A DNA stretch of 64,000 nt from Flaccisagitta enflata. Taxonomy: Eukaryota. Both the position numbers and the translations under genes were made by a program. Location: contig OZ231126.1 of the NCBI GenBank assembly GCA_965153355.1, forward strand, positions 36,952,001-37,016,000. The letters are read 5' to 3'. Under the pieces are notes generated by a model. It did not search any database. It saw only the letters and a program-made list of their open reading frames with translations, and was not told the DNA's origin. Shown here piece by piece: positions 56,774-64,000 of this stretch. Position 1 is the stretch's first letter. Every line of letters starts with the position of its first letter.

Positions 56774-57276
56774 GCGGAGTATGTGAAAGACAGACATCCG
56801 GACAAACAAAATATGTGGCTGTTGACATAAACGAAAATGCAGATGGATTAAATTGTTGACAATTGAGCAAGCATTTATACATATGAGCACCGATTGAGGA
56901 GGTTTTAAAGACGCTTACTGGAAAAACTCCCTTCTCTGATTTTTATCAATCTTCAAGGTATTTGCATGTAGTTTTCTAAAAATCAAGCAAAAGAATTCTT
57001 TTTTATCAGAAAAAAAAATAGAGAATATAAGATATCATTTCGATTAAAAGAGCAGATTCCTAATAGGGCTGATATTATCATTGTGCACTACTTAGTTAGA
57101 AAGACTTTTTAGGGAGATGAAAATTATATAAAAAATTTTATTTCAATCTTTTTACACTAATAGAAAGTACTTCAGTATAAACTATAAAGCATAAGTGGAC
57201 ATGACAATTATTATAAAACCTTCATAGATCACAACAGAAAATGATGATAAGCTCAATATTTATCTAGTCATTCGAT

Positions 57277-57604
<328 letters not shown>

Positions 57605-58143
57605 ATGAAAGTTACAGAATACAACAAATGCGGGGTTCATTGCATTGAATCATATCGTTTGGCTCTATTTTTTCAAATAAGTAACGAACTGGTAAATTAC
57701 CTCGCGTATGCCCCTATCACTGGCTCTGCGTATGTCATGTCCCATTATTGTCAAAACTGCGAATATCAGCGCGGAGATTCTGGTATGATCAATTTCGTTA
57801 ATCCAAGGCAAAAACAGATATGAAATTTACAATAGCAGGGGCAGTATGTAGCCAGACAGGGGCAGTAAAGTGGCTGGGCACGGGGAGTCACGCCCAAAAT
57901 TACTATTTCAGTCCATTTAGCGTCGGCCAAAATAATGCGTTACAGATCTTCCTACCCAAGGACACAGCCTCTTATACTGCCGCTTAGCAAGCGACTAAAA
58001 AGTCAACAAATTGTCAACCAATTGTCAACCAATTGTCAACCAAATATCAACCAATTGTTGGATAAAAAGTCGCACAATTGCTATGTTTACATTTGTTTCT
58101 TTATGCTTCATAGTATTTGGTTACACGTCTCAAGTCACGATCG

Positions 58144-59264
58144 TTTTTAGGTGCGCCATAGCACCTCTGTAAGAGGCTCTGTCTGTCGGTCGGTCACACT
58201 CGATTTGAAAATCGCAGAAAATGTTTATTATCTCATAAAAACTCATCTCGATCATCATTCATGCCACTTGTCATTTCATTCATTATCATATTCAGCTACG
58301 GAAAGGTTTGATAGAGCCAGTTCGTCAGTCTGTCAGTCAGTTCGTTGCTCTAAAGTGAACATGGTCATTAGACCTAAGTCGCGTGAGTCGGCACTTTCAG
58401 AAAAGTTAGGCAGACAGACAGATGAACCAACTAAAACTTTTTAAAAGACTTTTGAAGTAGCTGTTTACTTGTAAAAGATTCTTGTCAAATGATCAAACAC
58501 TCAAAAAGTACAATTAAAAGCCTTTAAAACAACTTCGTGACAAACCAACAGACGGACAGACAGACGGACAAATGGGTGGACGGGCGGACAGACAGACAGA
58601 TGGACCAAAAAGAGGTGTGTGAATGACATAAAAAAATTCAAAAACATTTTAAATGTCTTTAAATTGGGTGAAACGCCCTTTAAACAAGTTTTTGACGGAT
58701 GGACGGACGGACCAACAGACCAACGGACCAACTGACCAACCAAAAAGTGGCTTTTAGAGGTTTATGAATGCCTTTAAAACGTTCAAAAACATTTGAAATG
58801 GCTTTACATTGTGTAAAACGCCTCCTAAACCGTTTTGTGACGGACGGACGGACGGACCGATGGACGGACCGACGGACCAACCGAAAAGTGGCTTATAGAG
58901 TCGCGTAGCACGCGACTAAAAATCGCAGAAAATGTTAAAATTCTAATGGAAAACTCATCTCGAGGGTCGTTCATGTTACCCGTCATTTCATTCATTATCA
59001 TATTCAGCTGCGGTTAGGTCTTAAAGAGAGGGTCCGTTGGTCCGTTGTTTGGTTAATCGTTCTAGAGTGAAAATCGCAGAGAATGTTTAAAATCTCACAA
59101 AAACTCATCTCGTTCATCATTCATGTTGCTCGTCATTTCATTCATTATCATATTCATCTACGGTTAGGTCAATAGAGCTTGGGATAGGTCTGATAGAGCT
59201 AGGGATAGGTCTGAGAATTAACAATGCCAGGCGCACCGTCTTGGCCCGTGTGTCCGGCCTTGTT
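58144..59264 (+). mobile_element. HINE-like element, GGTGCG subfamily, with internal tandem repeats and nested GTCGCG-type pieces
   Basis: TTTTTAGGTGCGCCATAGCACCTCTGTAAGAGG ... GGCGCACCGTCTTGGCCCGTGTGTCCGGCCTTGTTT. An internal AAATCGCAGAAAATGTT unit occurs three times. Confidence 0.65.
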
Positions 59265-60063
59265 TCTAGACAATTGATAAAAAAATGAGAAAGTGTTGGT
59301 GATATTAGGAGCTAAGGAGTGCTGAAGTCTAACAAAGAAAGAATTCTCGTGTTTGGGTAAGGACCGTGAGGCGACCACGGTTAGACAGACGGATGGTGGT
59401 ATGGATGTTCTAGAACGACTGACTAACGACCGAAATCTGCCAATATGGACTATGGAGTCGACAAAAAACCAAGTCAAGCACGATGGCTCATTTAAAAGAT
59501 ACATGACCGACCCACCAATCGACGTTCGGACACGAGTTCATAAACATAACCTCATACAGACCTCTTGAAAAGGATTTCGATTGCTTAGGCTGCTTAGCCA
59601 ATGTCAAATATGTATTCATCCCTTTAGGACATAGTATCGAGTAAAAAGACGCTAGAATTTTCTCCCTGGCGTCACTACCCTGCCATCAAATACGACCGTA
59701 AGCCCTATGCGAGATCATCTTAAGCCTATATTTCTTTGAAAATGATTAAAAACAAAAAATTATGCAAACGGGTTCACAAAATGTTTATTCATGACCAATT
59801 TTGTCATTTTAGCCTAATATGCGCCAAAATTTCAATGTTTTACACATTCAAAATGGATAAGATTTCAGAAAATTTGGTCAAATTTCAAATTGATGTGGAA
59901 ACAAAACTGCTTTAGCCAGCACTACGAAATTATGCATGTTAAAATGGTAGTGGTTTTAGACAAAACCAATAAGAATTTCTCAAAATAAGAATATCAAGCA
60001 CATTAAAGGGTTTGCTCGTTACTGTCGTATTTGATTGAAGGGTAACGGCAATTTGTGAAAACT

Positions 60064-61151
<1,088 letters not shown>

Positions 61152-62244
61152 GTCGGATCATGTCAGAGTATGTCGTCAATTCATGATACACGGCGGTCTC
61201 TTATTCCGCATAAGCTAGGGGTAAGTGTCCATAGATGTGAGTGTTGGATTAGTGTTCCATGTCGCTTAGGGAACACAAATCACCCTTTGGTAAGTTTTTA
61301 CTAAAGCAAATTTTCTTTTAAAATCATTCTGACGAGGAGAAAGAAAATGCAAGCTCTTGGTTCAAATCGTCGCATTTTTTTAATGGTTAGAAAATCATAT
61401 CTCTTCTTCTAATAAAGCCACGATGCTGGGATTGGGCTCATTCGACGGCTTTTTTTTAGTAGTTTTACTGTGTAAAATTTCAACTAAATCGGTCAAGGGG
61501 TGGCGGAGATAATTGAGTTTCTTTGTAAAAAAAGGAATTTGAATTTAACTGTTTTTAGCGGCTCACTCAGGAACATACTACAAATGCAAATGAACGTGAT
61601 TTCTGACTGCTTTGGGTCAAGATTAGTCTGTAGTGTGAATTAATAAATACAGTATTAATTGCACATGCATGAGAATTCATGTCTGTCTGTCGGTCTACCT
61701 GTCCATCACGCGAAATGGATGATTTCTTCATTCCTGTTATGTACCTCTCGTGCCTTTCCACTTCCATTTTTGTGACTTCGTCCAGGCACTCATTCATTCA
61801 TTCATTCATGTTTTTGTTCATTCACTCATCAATTTGTTCATTATCAAGGCCAAATGTACAGCTACCCAAGTCGCGTGCTGGTGGGCAGGGGCCGTATTTA
61901 AGCATCTTAGGAAGAAAAATGAATATTGAACGCGACTAAAAAGAGTCAAGTGGTCGTCTTCAGTATCAATCAGGATTATTCAATTGACAGGACAAAATGG
62001 TTGATACATCAGTGACTTTACTTACAAGGCCTAAATTCAACCCATCGATGCGTCCTTTGCGTTTTTAGTCTTGTGCTACGCGACTCTTCGCCCCACTTGG
62101 TCAGTCGGTCGGTCTGTCCCTGTTTTCCTTTTTTGGCGTTTTTAAGCTTTTTGGGCTCACAGCTCCTTTCTAATTGCCATTATAAGTCATTCTAAGTCAT
62201 TCTAAGCCCTTAGTCATTCTAAGTCATATTATATGTTATACTAA

Positions 62245-62497
62245 GGGGGCGTTTCTAGTCAGAGACAACCGCGTTTTGAACGGGCCACTCGGTCGCTCGC
62301 TACGTTCGTTCGTTCGCTCGCACCAGTAACTCGCTCCCAGCGCTCCGCTCGCTACGCTCGCTTGCTCTGTTCACGGGCTAGCTCACTCACTTCGCTCACT
62401 CCCTCGTGGGACAGTTGAAATTCTTGAAAATGTGTTTACGCTGTTAACGCGTTTCACGGGAGGGAACGCGTTTTTGGTTGTCACCAGAAACACGCCC
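62245..62497. mobile_element. PIF/Harbinger-like MITE with a TAA duplication
   Basis: TAA-GGGGGCGTTTCTAG ... CCAGAAACACGCCC-TAA, with internal CGCT-rich repeats. Confidence 0.65.
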
Positions 62498-62554
62498 TAA
62501 GTCCCTTAAGTCAATCAGGTCAATTTAGTCATTTAATTCTTTTCTGCTTTTTTT

Positions 62555-63230
62555 GGCAGCGGCGCCAAAGGGGCCGATGACCTATGCTTTCACACAGGAG
62601 AAATTTCTCTTTCTCCTTCTTTTCCTTCTCCTTCTCCCCCTCCATCCCCCCCCCCCTTTGAAGCTCATATCATGGCCTTGAGGCTCATATCCCAGCCTTA
62701 AGGCCCAAATTCTAGCCTCAAGGCCCAAATCTTAGCCTTGAGGCTCAAATGCCAAACAAAGGGCTAAAGTCCCAGCCTCAAGGCCCAAATCCCATTCACG
62801 AGGCTCAAATCCCAGCCTTGAGACTCAAATTACAGTCTTGAGGCTCAAATCCCAGCCTTGAGGCTTACATCCCAGCATTGGGGGTCACATCCCAGCTCTA
62901 AGGCTCAAGTTCCAGTCTAAAGTCTCTAGCCCAAGCCTCCGAGGTTCAAATCCCAGTCTTGACTCAAATCACAGCCTCAAGGCTCAAATCACAAGCTCAT
63001 GGCTCAAATCACAACCTTGAGGCTCAAATCACAGCCTGTAGGCTCAAATCACAACCTTGAGGCTCTAATAACAGTATTGATGCTCAGATTTAAGCCTAGA
63101 GCTTCAAAATCTACTAAGCATAGGTCATCGGCCCCTTTGGAGCCGCTGCCCCTCTCACCATCACACACCTACATATACTCAAATAGGGGCAACGGGTACC
63201 GCTGACCATCTAACGCTTTTGCGACTGTTA
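62555..63230. mobile_element. Family A element with a long one-directional 20-bp minisatellite array
   Basis: GGCAGCGGCGCCAAAGGGGCCGATGACCTATGCTT / AAGCATAGGTCATCGGCCCCTTTGGAGCCGCTGCC around about 20 TTGAGGCTCAAATCCCAGCC-type units. Confidence 0.75.
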
Positions 63231-63359
63231 AGTCATTTCAGGATATCCTACGTCATTTACGTGACTTATAGGTGTTGGCCTTGTTTTCCAACGACTTAGC
63301 TTTTTATCGAGCTCGTGCAAGAGATGAAGAGAGAGAGCGAGAGCGAGAGCGAGAGCGAG

Positions 63360-63422
<63 letters not shown>

Positions 63423-63490
63423 CAGAGACAGAGAGACAGAGACAGAGAGAAAGAGACAGTGAACATTACTCGATTTTACGTTATCTGTAA

Positions 63491-63690
63491 AAAAACAAGG
63501 CTGGATACACGGCTACCCCAGTCGCGTACAGGTGGGCAGTGGGCAGGGGCTCAATCATTTGGGCAGGTGCAGTGAGGCCAAAGACCGCAAAAACCCAAAA
63601 AAAGTCAAGTGTGACGGACGGACCAATGGACGGACCGACGGACGGACCGACAAACCGGGTTGTTGAGTCGCGTAGCACGTGACTAAAAAA
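63491..63690 (-). mobile_element. HINE-like element, GTCGCG subfamily
   Basis: AACAAGGCTGGATACACGGCTACCCCAGTCGCGTAC...GAGTCGCGTAGCACGTGACTAAAA. Confidence 0.75.
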
Positions 63691-63786
63691 GCCAACGAGG
63701 ACGCATCTAAAGATATCTTTTTAGTCGCGTTCTACGCAACTCTACACCCTGCCAGTTGGTTGGTTGGTCGGTCTGTCCCCTTAATA

Positions 63787-64000
63787 GGCAGCGGCGCCAA
63801 AGGGTCGATGACCTATACTTTCACTCATATGGGGAATTTTCTCCTTCTCCCTCTTCTTCTCCTCCGTCCCCCTTCGGATCCGAGTCTTGAGGCCCAATTT
63901 CCAGTCTCCAGGCCTAAACCTCAGTTTCAAAGCCCAAATCCCAGCCTTGAGGCCCTATTCCTAGCCTCGAGGCCCAAGTCCCAGCCTGGCGGCCCAGATC
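63787..64000. mobile_element. Family A element truncated by the window end
   Basis: GGCAGCGGCGCCAAAGGGTCGATGACCTATAC followed by 20-bp units. Confidence 0.7.

Overview
Repeat-rich animal (invertebrate-type) genomic DNA, not prokaryotic. Bases 1-17750 are a tandem array of a ~970-bp satellite (18 full copies plus a partial) ending at an assembly gap. I rebuilt three intron-containing genes by hand with frame-consistent GT-AG junctions: an 8-exon DUF229 (alkaline-phosphatase-superfamily) gene (+, 22046-30098, ~668 aa), a 9-exon SLC22/organic-cation-transporter gene (-, 49023-39833, ~638 aa), and the first two exons of an SLC35G/EamA-type transporter (+, from 60064). A near-intact CR1-clade LINE (-, ~33852-38410) has a PHD-finger ORF1 and an APE-RT ORF2 broken by one homopolymer frameshift. 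The rest is nested non-autonomous transposons: TA-flanked foldbacks (one of 2.1 kb), hAT-, Harbinger-, Transib- and Chapaev-like elements, minisatellite-filled MITEs, many DINE-1/HINE-like elements and long microsatellites. The most notable patterns are four HINE subfamilies whose three terminal motifs co-vary, concentric inverted repeats in the satellite monomer, and large palindromes in and upstream of the SLC22 gene. All family assignments come from motif recognition, not database searches.
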